A stretch of DNA of 64,000 nt from the human T2T-CHM13v2.0 reference genome, Homo sapiens. This document shows positions 1 to 14,660 of this stretch, piece by piece; the first letter of the stretch is position 1, and the number at the start of each line of letters is the position of its first letter. The translations under genes and the position numbers were made by a program. The stretch is from assembly GCF_009914755.1 (NCBI RefSeq), contig NC_060939.1; one strand, given 5' to 3'. The notes under the pieces were generated by a model, which made no database searches, was not told the DNA's origin, and saw nothing but the letters and a program-made list of their open reading frames with translations.

Positions 1-340
1 AAAATATCAATGTACCCCAAATATATATTTTATACTCTACATGAAATATGAAAGTTCACAAACCATATATTATATACTGTACATAAAATATCAAAGTACC
101 CAAGGTATATATTCTATACTGTACAAAAAATATCAAAGTACCCAAAGCATGTATTATATACTGTACATAAAATATGAAACTACATCAAATATATATTTTA
201 TTCTGTACATAAAATATCAAAGTACACCAGATATATATTCTATAGTGTACATAAAATATCAAAGTACCCAAACTATACATTATACACTGTACATAAAATA
301 TGAAATTACATCAAATATATATTATATTAGGTACATAAAA

Positions 341-718
341 TATGAAAGTACATCAAATATAGATTATATACTGTACATAAAATACCAAAGTACCCCCAAT
401 ATATATTTTATACTGTACATGAAATATCAAAGTTCACACACTATATATTATATACTGTACATAAAATATCAAAGTACCCAAGGTATATATTCTATATTGT
501 ACAAAAAATATCAAAGTACGCAAAGCATGTATTATATACTGTACATAAAATATGAAAGTACATCAAATATATATTTTATACTGTACATAAAATATCAAAG
601 TACACCAGATATATATTCTATAGTGTACATAAAATATCAAAGTACCCAAACTATACATTATATACTGTACATAAAATATGAAATTACATCAAATATATAT
701 TATATTAGGTACATAAAA
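341..718 (+). repeat. Representative 378-bp 9-mer higher-order repeat unit (M1-M9)
   Basis: M1 start TATGAAAGTACAT..AATATAGAT at 341 recurs at 719 (378 = 9 x 42). Nine distinguishable monomers recur in fixed order throughout the window. The 378-bp 9-mer is the known HSat1A higher-order period. Confidence 0.93.
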
Positions 719-1091
719 TATGAAAGTACATAAAATATAGATTATATACTGTACATAAAATATCAAAGTACCCCAAATATATATTATATACTCTACATGA
801 AATATCAAAGTTCACAAACTATATATTATATACTGTACATAAAATATCAAAGTAACCAAGGTATATATTCTATACTGTACAAAAAATATCAAAGTATCCA
901 AAGCATGTATTATATACTGTATATAAAATATGAAAGTACATTAAATATATATTTTATTCTGTTTATAAAACATCAAAGTACACCAGATACATATTCTATA
1001 GTGTACATAAAATAACAAAGTACACAAACTATAAATTATATACTGTACATAAAATATGAAATTACATCAAATATATACTAGGTACATAAAA
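719..1091 (+). repeat. Representative 373-bp 9-mer variant (5-bp deletion in M9)
   Basis: M1 starts at 719, 1092 and 1465 are 373 bp apart. M9 reads AATATATATTAGGTAC (ATATATACTAGGTAC in this unit) instead of AATATATATTATATTAGGTAC. The frameshift produces the recurring MKLHQIYIRY ORF starts. Confidence 0.92.
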
Positions 1092-4000
1092 TATGAAAGT
1101 ACATCAAATATAGATTATATACTGTACATATAATATCAATGTACCCCAAATATATATTTTTTACTCTACATGAAATATCAAAGTTCACAAACCATACATT
1201 ATATACTGTACATAAAATATCAAAGTACCCAAGGTATATATTCTATACTGTACAAAAAATATCAAAGTACCCAAAGCATGTATTATATACTGTACATAAA
1301 ATATGAAAGTACTTCAAATATATATTTTATTCTGTACATAAAATATCAAAGTACACCAGATATATATTCTATAGTGTACATAAAATATCAAAGTACCCAA
1401 ACTATACATTATACACTGTACATAAAATATGAAATTACATCAAATATATATTAGGTACATTAAATATGAAAGTACATCAAATATAGATTATATACAGTAC
1501 ATAAAATATCAAAGTACCCCAAATATATATTATATACTCTACATGAAATATCAAAGTTCTCAAACTATATATTATATACTGTACATAAAATATCAAAGTA
1601 CCCAAGGTATATATTCTATACTGTACAAAAAATATCAAAGTACCCAAAGCATGTATTATATACTGTACATAAAATATGAAAGTACATCAAATATATATTT
1701 TATTCTGTACATAAAATATCAAAGTACACCAGATATATATTCTATAGTGTACATAAAATATAAAAATACCCAAACTATACATTATATACTGTACATAAAA
1801 TATGAAATTACATCAAATATATATTATATTAGGTACATAAAATATGAAAGTACATCAAATATAGATTATATACTGTACATTAAATACCAAAGTACCCCAA
1901 ATATATATTTTATTCTGTACATCAAATATCAAAGTTCACAAACTATATATTATATACTGTACATAAAATATCAAAGTACCCATGGTATATATTCTACACT
2001 GTACAAAAAATATCAAAGTACCCAAAGAATGTATTATATACTGTATATAAAATATGAAAGTACATCACATATATATTTTATTCTGTACATAAAATATCAA
2101 AGTACACCAGATATATATTCTATAGTGTAGATAAAATAACAAAGTTCAAAAACTATGAATTATATGCTGTACATAAATATGAAATTACATCAAATATATA
2201 TTAGGTACATAAAATATGAAAGTACATCAAATATAGATTATATACTGTACATAAAATATCAATGTACCCCAAATATATATTTTATACTCTACATGAAATA
2301 TGAAAGTTCACAAACCATATATTATATACTGTACATAAAATATCAAAGTACCCAAGGTATATATTCTATACTGTACAAAAAATATCAAAGTACCCAAAGC
2401 ATGTATTATATACTGTACATAAAATATGAAACTACATCAAATATATATTTTATTCTGTACATAAAATATCAAAGTACACCAGATATATATTCTATAGTGT
2501 ACATAAAATATCAAAGTACCCAAACTATACATTATACACTGTACATAAAATATGAAATTACATCAAATATATATTATATTAGGTACATAAAATATGAAAG
2601 TACATCAAATATAGATTATATACTGTACATAAAATACCAAAGTACCCCAAATATATATTTTATACTGTACATGAAATATCAAAGTTCACACACTATATAT
2701 TATATACTGTACATAAAATATCAAAGTACCCAAGGTATATATTCTATATTGTACAAAAAATATCAAAGTACGCAAAGCATGTATTATATACTGTACATAA
2801 AATATGAAAGTACATCAAATATATATTTTATACTGTACATAAAATATCAAAGTACACCAGATATATATTCTATAGTGTACATAAAATATCAAAGTACCCA
2901 AACTATACATTATATACTGTACATAAAATATGAAATTACATCAAATATATATTATATTAGGTACATAAAATATGAAAGTACATAAAATATAGATTATATA
3001 CTGTACATAAAATATCAAAGTACCCCAAATATATATTATATACTCTACATGAAATATCAAAGTTCACAAACTATATATTATATACTGTACATAAAATATC
3101 AAAGTAACCAAGGTATATATTCTATACTGTACAAAAAATATCAAAGTATCCAAAGCATGTATTATATACTGTATATAAAATATGAAAGTACATTAAATAT
3201 ATATTTTATTCTGTACATAAAATATCAAAGTACACCAGATATATATTCTATAGTGTACATAAAATAACAAAGTACACAAACTATAAATTATATACTGTAC
3301 ATAAAATGTGAAATTACATCAAATATATATTAGGTACATAAAATATGAAAGTACATCAAATATAGATTATATACTGTACATAAAATATCAATGTATCCCA
3401 AATATATATTTTATACTCTACATGAAATATCAAAGTTCACAAACCATATATTATATACTGTACATAAAATATCAAAGTACCCAAGGTATATATTCTATAC
3501 TGTACAAAAAATATCAAAGTACCCAAAGCATGTATTATATACTGTACATAAAATATGAAAGTACATCAAATATATATTTTATTCTGTACATAAAATATCA
3601 AAGTACACCAGATATATATTCTATAGTGTACATAAAATAACAAAGTACACAAACTATACATTATACACTGTACATAAAATATGAAATTACATCAAATATA
3701 TATTAGGTACATTAAATATGAAAGTACATCAAATATAGATTATATACTGTACATAAAATATCAAAGTACCCCAAATATATATTATATTCTCTACATGAAA
3801 TATCAAAGTTCACAAACTATATATTATATACTGTACATAAAATATCAAAGTACCCAAGGTATATATTCTATACTGTACAAAAAATATCAAAGTACCCAAA
3901 GCATGTATTATATACTGTACATAAAATATGAAAGTACATCAAATATATATTTTATTCTGTACATAAAATATCAAAGTACACCAGATATATATTCTATAGT

Positions 4001-7000
4001 GTACATAAAATATCAAAATACCCAAACTATACATTATATACTGTACATAAAATATGAAATTACATCAAATATATATTATATTAGGTACATAAAATATGAA
4101 AGCACATCAAATATAGATTATATACTGTACATTAAATACCAAAGTACCACAAATATATATTTTATTCTGTACAACAAATATCTAAGTTCACAAACTATAT
4201 ATTATATACTGTACATAAAATATCAAAGTACCCATGGTATATATTCTACACTGTACAAAAAATATCAAAGTACCCAAAGCATGTATTACATACTGTATAT
4301 AAAATATGAAAGTACATCACATATATATTTTATTCTGTACATAAAATATCAAAGTACACCAGATATATATTCTATAGTGTACATAAAATAACAAAGTTCA
4401 AAAACTATGAATTATATGCTGTACATAAATATGAAATTACATCAAATATATATTAGGTACATAAAATATGAAAGTACATCAAATATAGATTATATACTGT
4501 ACATAAAATATCAATGTACCCCAAATATATATTTTATACTCTACATGAAATATGAAAGTTCACAAACCATATATTATATACTGTACATAAAATATCAAAG
4601 TACCCAAGGTATATATTCTATACTGTACAAAAAATATCAAAGTACCCAAAGCATGTATTATATACTGTACATAAAATATGAAACTACATCAAATATATAT
4701 TTTATTCTGTACATAAAATATCAAAGTACACCAGATATATATTCTATAGTGTACATAAAATATCAAAGTACCCAAACTATACATTATACACTGTACATAA
4801 AATATGAAATTACATCAAATATATATTATATTAGGTACATAAAATATGAAAGTACATCAAATATAGATTATATACTGTACATAAAATACCAAAGTACCCC
4901 AAATATATATTTTATACTGTACATGAAATATCAAAGTTCACACACTATATATTATATACTGTACATAAAATATCAAAGTACCCAATGTATATATTCTATA
5001 TTGTACAAAAAATATCAAAGTACGCAAAGCATGTATTATATACTGTACATAAAATATGAAAGTACATCAAATATATATTTTATACTGTACATAAAATATC
5101 AAAGTACACCAGATATATATTCTATAGTGTACATAAAATATCAAAGTACCCAAACTATACATTATATACTGTACATAAAATATGAGATTACATCAAAAAT
5201 ATATTATATTAGGTACATAAAATATGAAAGTACATCAAATATAGATTATATACTGTACATAAAATATCAAAGTACCCCAAATATATATTATATACTCTAC
5301 ATGAAATATCAAAGTTCACAAACTATATATTATATACTGTACATAAAATATCAAAGTACCCAAGGTATGTATTCTAAACTGTCCAAAAAATATCAAAGTA
5401 TCCAAAGCATGTATTATATACTGTATATAAAATATGAAAGTACATTAAATATATATTTTATTCTGTACATAAAATATCAAAGTACACCAGATATATATTC
5501 TATAGTGTACATAAAATAACAAAGTACACAAACTATAAATTATATACTGTACATAAAATATGAAATTTCATCAAATATATATTAGGTACATAAAATATGA
5601 AAGTACATCAAATATAGATTATATACTGTACATATAATATCAATGTACCGCAAATATATATTTTATACTCTACATGAAATATCAAAGTTCACAAACCATA
5701 CATTATATACTGTACATAAAATATCAAAGTACCCAAGGTATATATTCTATACTGTACAAAAAATATCAAAGTACCCAAAGCATGTATTATATACTGTACA
5801 TAAAATATGAAAGTACATCAAATATATATTTTATTCTGCACATAAAATATCAAAGTACACCAGATATATATTCTATAGTGTACATAAAATATCAAAGTAC
5901 CCAAACTATACATTATACCCTGTACATAAAATATGAAATTACATCAAATATATATTAGGTACATTAAATATGAAAGTACATCAAATATAGATTATATACT
6001 GTACATAAAATATCAAAGTAACCCAAATATATATTATATACTCTACATGAAATATCAAAGTTCACAAACTATATATTATATACTGTAAATAAAATATAAA
6101 AGTACCCAAGGTATATATTCTATACTGTACAAAAAATATCAAAGTACCCAAAGCATGTATTATATACTGTATATAAAATATGAAAGTACATTAAATATAT
6201 ATTTTATTCTGTTTATAAAATATCAAAGTACACCAGATACATATTCTATAGTGTACATAAAATAACAAAGTACACAAACTATAAATTATATACTGTACAT
6301 AAAATATGAAATTACATCAAATATATACTAGGTACATAAAATATGAAAGTACATCAAATATAGATTATATACTGTACATATAATATCAATGTACCCCAAA
6401 TATATATTTTTTACTCTACATGAAATATCAAAGTTCACAAACCATACATTATATACTGTACATAAAATATCAAAGTACCCAAGGTATATATTCTATACTG
6501 TACAAAAAATATCAAAGTACCCAAAGCATGTATTATATACTGTACATAAAATATGAAAGTACTTCAAATATATATTTTATTCTGTACATAAAATATCAAA
6601 GTACACCAGATATATATTCTATAGTGTACATAAAATATCAAAGTACCCAAACTATACATTATACACTGTACATAAAATATGAAATTACATCAAATATATA
6701 TTAGGTACATTAAATATGAAAGTACATCAAATATAGATTATATACAGTACATAAAATATCAAAGTACCCCAAATATATATTATATACTCTACATGAAATA
6801 TCAAAGTTCTCAAACTATATATTATATACTGTAAATAAAATATCAAAGTACCCAAGGTATATATTCTATACTGTACAAAAAATATCAAAGTACCCAAAGC
6901 ATGTATTATATACTGTATATAAAATATGAAAGTACATCAAATATATATTTTATTCTGTACATAAAATATCAAAGTACACCAGATATATATTCTATAGTGT

Positions 7001-10000
7001 ACATAAAATAACAAAGTACACAAACTATAAATTATATACTGTACATAAAATATGAAATTACATCAAATATATATTAGGTACATAAAATATGAAAGTACAT
7101 CAAATATAGATTATATACTGTACATAAAATATCAATGTACCCCAAATATATATTTTATACTCTACATGAAATATCAAAGTTCACAAACCATATATTATAT
7201 ACTGTACATAAAATATCAAAGTACCCAAGGTATATATTCTATACTGTACAAAAAATATCAAAGTACTCAAAGCATGTATTATATACTGTACATAAAATAT
7301 GAAATTACATCAAATATATATTTTATTCTGTACATAAAATATCAAAGTACACCAGATATATATTCTATAGTGTACATAAAATATCAAAGTACCCAAACTA
7401 TACATTATACACTGTACATAAAATATGAAATTACATCAAATATATATTATATTAGGTACATAAAATATGAAAGCACATCAAATATAGATTATATACTGTA
7501 CATTAAATACCAAAGTACCCCAAATATATATTTTATACTGTACATCAAAATCAAAGTTCACAAACTATATATTATATACTGTACATAAAATATCAAAGTA
7601 TCCATGGTATATATTCTATCCTGTACAAAAAATATCAAAGTACCCAAAGCATGTATTATATACTGTACATAAAATATGAAAGTACATCAAATATATATTT
7701 TATTCTGTACATAAAATATCAAAGTACACCAGATATATATTCTATAGTGTACATAAAATATCAAAGTACCCAAACTATACATTATATACTGTACATAAAA
7801 TATGAAATTACATCAAATATATATTATATTAGGTACATAAAATATGAAAGTACATCAAAGATAGATTATATACTGTACATAAAATATCAAAGTACCCCAA
7901 ATATATATTATATACTCTACATGAAATATCAAAGTTCACAAACTATATATTATATACTGTACATAAAATATCAAAGTACCCAAGGTATATATTCTATACT
8001 GTACAAAAAATATCAAAGTACCCAAAGCATGTATTATATACTGTACATAAAATATGAAAGTACATCAAATATATATTTTATTCTGTACATAAAATAATAA
8101 AGTACACCAGATATATATTCTATAGTGTACATAAAATATCAAAGTACCCAAACTATACATTATATACTGTACATAAAATATGAGATTACATCAAATATAT
8201 ATTATATTAGGTACATAAAATATGAAAGTACATCAAATATAGATTATATACTGTACATAAAATATCAAAGTACCCCAAATATATATTATATACTCTACAT
8301 GAAATATCAAAGTTCACAAACTATATATTATATACTGTACATAAAATATCAAAGTACCCAAGGTATATATTCTATACTGTACAAAAAATATCAAAGTACC
8401 CAAAGCATGTATTATATACTGTATATAAAATATGAAAGTACATTAAATATATATTTTATTCTGTACATAAAATATCAAAGTACACCAGATATATATTCTA
8501 TAGTGTACATAAAATAACAAAGTACACAAACTATAAATTATATACTGTACATAAAATATGAAATTACATCAAATATATATTAGGTAAATAAAATATGAAA
8601 GTACATCAAATATATATTTTATTCTGTACATAAAATATCAAAGTACACCAGATATATATTCTATAGTGTACATAAAATATCAAAGTACCCAAACTATACA
8701 TTATATACTGTACATAAAATATGAAAATACATCAAATATATTTTATATTAGGTACATAAAATATGAAAGTACATCAAATATAGATTATATACTGTACATA
8801 AAATATCAAAGTACCCCAAATATATATTATATACTCTACATGAAATATCAAAGTTCACAAACTATATATTATATACTGTACATAAAATATCAAAGTACCC
8901 AAGGTATATATTCTATACTGCACAAAAAGTATCAAAGTATCCAAAGCATGTATTATAAACTGTACATAAAATATGAAAGTACATCAAATATATATTTTAT
9001 TCTGTACATAAAATATCAAAGTACACCAGATATATATTCTATAGTGTACATAAAATATCAAAGTACCCAAACTATACATTATATACTGTACATAAAATAT
9101 GAAATTACATCAAATATATATTAGGTCCATAAAATATGAAAGTACATCTAATATAGATTATATACTGTACATAAAATATCAATGTACCCCAAATATATAT
9201 TTTATACTCTACATGAAATATCAAAGTTCACAATCCATACATTATATACTGTACATAAAATATCAAATTACCCAAGGTATATATTCTATACTGTACAAAA
9301 AATATCAAAGTACCCAAAGCATGTATTATATACTGTACATAAAATATGAAAGTACATCAAATATATATTTTATTCTGTACATAAAATATCAAAGTACACC
9401 AGTTATATATTCTATAGTGTACATAAAATATCAAAGTACCCAAACTATACATTATATACTGTACATAAAATATGAAATTACATCAAATATATATTAGGTA
9501 CATAAAATATGAAAGTACATCTAATATAGATTATATACTGTACATAAAATATCAATATACCCCAAATATATATTTTATACTCTACATGAAATATCAAAGT
9601 TCAGAAACCATATATTGTATACTGTACATAAAATATCAAAATACCCAAGGTATATATTCTATACTGTACAAAAAATATCAAAGTACCCAAAGCATGTATT
9701 ATATACTGTACATAAAATATGAAAGTACATCAAATATATATTTTATTCTGTACATAAAATATCAAAGTACACCAGATATATATTCTATAGTGTACATAAA
9801 ATATCAAAGTACCCAAAGTATACATTATATACTGTACATAAAATATGAAATTACATCAAATACATATTAGGTACATAAAATATGAAGTACATCAAATATA
9901 GATTATATACTGTACATAAAATATCAAAGTACCCCAAATATGTATTATATACTCTACATGAAATATCAAAGTTCAGAAACCATATATTATATACTGTACA

Positions 10001-13000
10001 TAAAATATCAAAATACCCAAGGTATATATTCTATACTGTACAAAAAATATCAAAGTACCCAAAGCATGTATTATATACTGTACATAAAATATGAAAGTAC
10101 ATCAAATATATATTTTATTCTGTACATAAAATATCAAAGTACACCAGTTATATATTCTATAGTGTACATAAAATATCAAAGTATCCAAACTATACATTAT
10201 ATACTGTACATAAAATATGAGATTACATCAAATATATATTATATTAGGTACAAAAAATATGAAAGTACATCAAATATAGATTATATACTGTACATAAAAT
10301 ATCAAAGTACCCCAAATATATATTATATACTCTACATGAAATATCAAAGTTCACAAACTATATATTATATACTGTACATAAAATATCAAAGTACCCAAGG
10401 TATATATTCTATACTGTACAAAAAATATCAAAGTACGCAAAGCATGTATTGTATACTGTATATAAAATATGAAAGTACATTAAATATATATTTTATTCTG
10501 TACATAAAATATCAAAGTACACCAGATATATATTCTATAGTGTACATAAAATAACAAAGTACACAAACTATAAATTATATACTGTGCATAAAATATGAAA
10601 TTACATCAAATATATATTAGGTAAATAAAATATGAAAGTACATCAAATATAGATTATATACTGTACATATAATATCAATGTACCCCAAATATATATTTTA
10701 TACTCTACATGAAATATCAAAGTTCACAAACCATATATTATATACTGTACATAAAATATCAAAGTACCCAAGGTATATATTCTATACTGTACAAAAAATA
10801 TCAAAGTACCCAAAGCATGTATTATATACTGTACATAAAATATGTAAGTACATCAAATATATATTTTATTCTGTACATAAAATATCAAAGTACACCAGAT
10901 ATATATTCTATAGTGTACATAAAATATCAAAGTACCCAAATTATACATTTTATACTGTACATAAAATATGAAATTACATCAAATATATTTTATGTTAGGT
11001 ACATAAAATATGAAAGTACATCAAATATAGATTATATACTGTACATAAAATATCAAAGTACCCCAAATATATATTATATACTTTACATGAAATATCAAAG
11101 TTCACAAACTATATATTATATACTGTACATAAAATATCAAAGTACCCAAGGTATATATTCTATACTGCACAAAAAATATCAAAGTACCCAAAGCATGTAT
11201 TATAAACTGTACATAAAATATGAAAATACATCAAATATATATTTTATTCTGTACATAAAATATCAAAGTACACCAGATATATATTCTATAGTGTACATAA
11301 AATATCAAAGTACCCAAACTATACATTATATACTGTACATAAAATATGAAATTACATCAAATATATATTAGGTACATAAAATATGAAAGTACATCTAATA
11401 TAGATTATATACTGTACATAAAATATCAATGTACCCCAAATATATATTTTATACTCTACATGAAATATCAAAGTTCAGAAACCATATATTGTATACTGTA
11501 CATAAAATATCAAAATACCCAAGGTATATATTCTATACTGTACAAAAAATATCAAAGTACCCAAAGCATGTATTATATACTGTACATAAAATATGAAAGT
11601 ACATCAAATATATATTTTATTCTGTACATAAAATATCAAAGTACACCAGTTATATATTCTATAGTGTACATAAAATATCAAAGTACCGAAACTATACATT
11701 ATATACTGTACATAAAAAATGAGATTACATCAAATATATATTTGGTACATAAAATATGAAAGTACATCTAATATAGATTATATACTGTACATAAAATATC
11801 AATGTACCCCAAATATATATTTTATACTCTACATGAAATATCAAAGTTCAGAAACCATATATTGTATACTGTACATAAAATATCAAAATACCCAAGGTAT
11901 ATATTCTATACTGTACAAAAAATATCAAAGTACCCAAAGCATGTATTATATACTGTACATAAAATATGAAAGTACATCAAATATAGATTATATACTGTAC
12001 ATAAAATATCAAAGTACCCCAAATATATATTATATACTCTACACGAAATATCAAAGTTCAGAAAGCATATATTGTATACTGTACATAAAATATCAAAATA
12101 CCCAAGGTATATATTCTATACTGTACAAAAAATATCAAAGTACCCAAAGCATGTATTATATACTGTACATAAAATATGAAAGTACATCAAATATATATTT
12201 TATTCTGTACATAAAATATCAAAGTACACAAGTTATATATTCTATAGTGTACATAAAATATCAAAGTACCCAAACTATACATTATATACTGTACATAAAA
12301 TATGAGATTACATCAAATATATATTATATTAGGTACAAAAAATATGAAAGTACATCAAATATAGATTATATACTGTACATAAAATATCAAAGTACCCCAA
12401 ATATATATTATATACTCTACGTGAAATATCAAAGTTCACAAACTATATATTATATACTGTGCATAAAATATCAAAGTACCCAAGGTATATATTCTATACT
12501 GTACAAAAAATATCAAAGTACGCAAAGCATGTATTATATACTGTATATAAAATATGAAAGTACATTAAATATATATTTTATTCTGTACATAAAATATCAA
12601 AGTACACCAGATATATATTCTATAGTGTACATAAAATAACAAAGTACACAAACTATAAATTATATACTGTACATAAAATATGAAATTACATCAAATATAT
12701 ATTAGGTAAATAAAATATGAAAGTAAATGAAATATAGATTATATACTGTACATATAATATCAATGTACCCCAAATATATATTTTATACTCTACATGAAAT
12801 ATCAAAGTTCACAAACCATATATTATATACTGTACATAAAATATCAAAGTACCCAAGGTATATATTCTATACTGTACAAAAAATATCAAAGTACCCAAAG
12901 CATGCATTATATACTGTACATAAAATATGAATGTACATCAAATATATATTTTATTCTGTACATAAAATATCAAAGTACACCAGATATATATTCTATAGTG

Positions 13001-14594
13001 TACATAAAGTATCAAAGTACCCAAACTATACATTATATACTGTACATAAAATATGAAATTACATCAAATATATTTTATATTAGGTACATAAAATATGAAA
13101 GTACATCAAATATAGATTATATACTGTACATAAAATATCAAAGTACCCCAAATATATATTATATACTCTACATGAAATATCAAAGTTCACAAACTATATA
13201 TTATATACTGTACATAAAATATCAAAGTACCCAAGGTATATATTCTATACTGTACAAAAAATATCAAAGTACCAAAAGCGTGTATTATATACTGTATATA
13301 AAATATGAAATTACATCAAATATATATTTTATTCTGTACATAAAATATCAAAGTACACCAGATATATATTCTGTAGTGTACATAAAATATCAAAGTACCC
13401 AAACTACACATTATATACTGTACATAAAATATGAAATTACATCAAATATATATTATATTAGGTACATAAAATACGAAAGTACATCAAATATAGATTATAT
13501 ACTGTCCATAAAATACCAAAGTACCCCAATATATATTATACACTCTACATGAAATATCAAAGACCACAAACTATATATTATATACTGTACATAAAACATC
13601 AAAGTACCCAAGGTATATATTCTATACTGTACAAAAAATATCAAATTACCCAAAGCATGCATTATATACTGTATATAAAATATGAAAGTACATCAAATAT
13701 ATATTTTATTCTGTACATAAAATATCAAAGTACACCAGATATATATTCTATAGTGTACATAAAATAACAAAGTACAAAAACTATAAATTATATACTGTAC
13801 ATAAAATATGAAATTACATCAAATACATATTAGGTACATAAAAAATGAAAGTACATTAAATGTAGATTATATACTGTACAAAAAATATCAATGTACCCCA
13901 AACATATATTTTATACTCTACATGAAATATCAAAGTTCACAAACCATATATTATATACTGTACATAAAATATCAAAGTACCCAAGGTATATATTCTATAC
14001 TGTACAAAAAATATCAAAGTACCCAAAGCATGTATTATATACTGTACATAAAATATGAAAGTATATCAAATATGTATTTTATTCTGTACATAAAATATCA
14101 AAGTACACCAGATATACATTATATAGTGTACATAAAATATCAAAGTACCCAAACTATAAATTATATACTGGACATAAAATATGAAATTACATCAAATATA
14201 TATTAGGTACATAAAATATGAAAGTACATCACATATAGATTATATACTGTACATAAAATATCAAAGTACCCCAAATATATATTTTATACTCTACATGAAA
14301 TATCAAAGTTCACAAACCATATATTATATACTGTACATAAAATATCAAAGTACCCAAGGTATATATTCTATACTGTACAAAAAATATCAAAGTACCCAAA
14401 GCATGCATTATATACGGTACATAAACTATGAAAGTACATCAAATATATATTTTAATCTGTACATAAAACATCAAAGTACACCAGATATATATTCTATAGT
14501 GTACATAAAATAACAGAGTACCCAAACTATAAATTATATACTGTACATAAAATATGAAATTACATCAAATATATATTATATTAGGTACATAAAA

Positions 14595-14660
14595 TATGAA
14601 AGTACATCAAATATAGATTATATACTGTCCATAAAATATCAAAGTACCCAAGGTATATAT
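14595..14660 (+). repeat. Junction of 7-mer structural variant (M2 and M3 absent, -84 bp), tagged by TGTCC; many copies between 14.6 and 51.3 kb
   Basis: ATAGATTATATACTGTCCATAAAATATCAAAGTACCCAAGG joins M1 directly to M4. It is also seen near 16417, 17840, 19252, 21202, 25047, 26837, 28787, 35671, 37459, 38882, 39922, 41712, 43662, 47507, 49297 and 51247. Confidence 0.88.

Larger units (their letters stand above)
1..6200 (+). repeat. Left domain with 2252-bp super-repeat (6 x 9-mer, 54 monomers), about 2.7 copies
   Basis: M1 starts at 341, 719, 1092, 1465, 1843, 2215 and 2593 give 378+373+373+378+372+378 = 2252. ORF pairs 797/3049, 1429/3681 and 2155/4407 are all 2252 apart. The marker AAAGTTCAAAAACTATGAATTATATGCTGTACATAAATAT occurs at ~2141 and ~4393. 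Confidence 0.88.
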
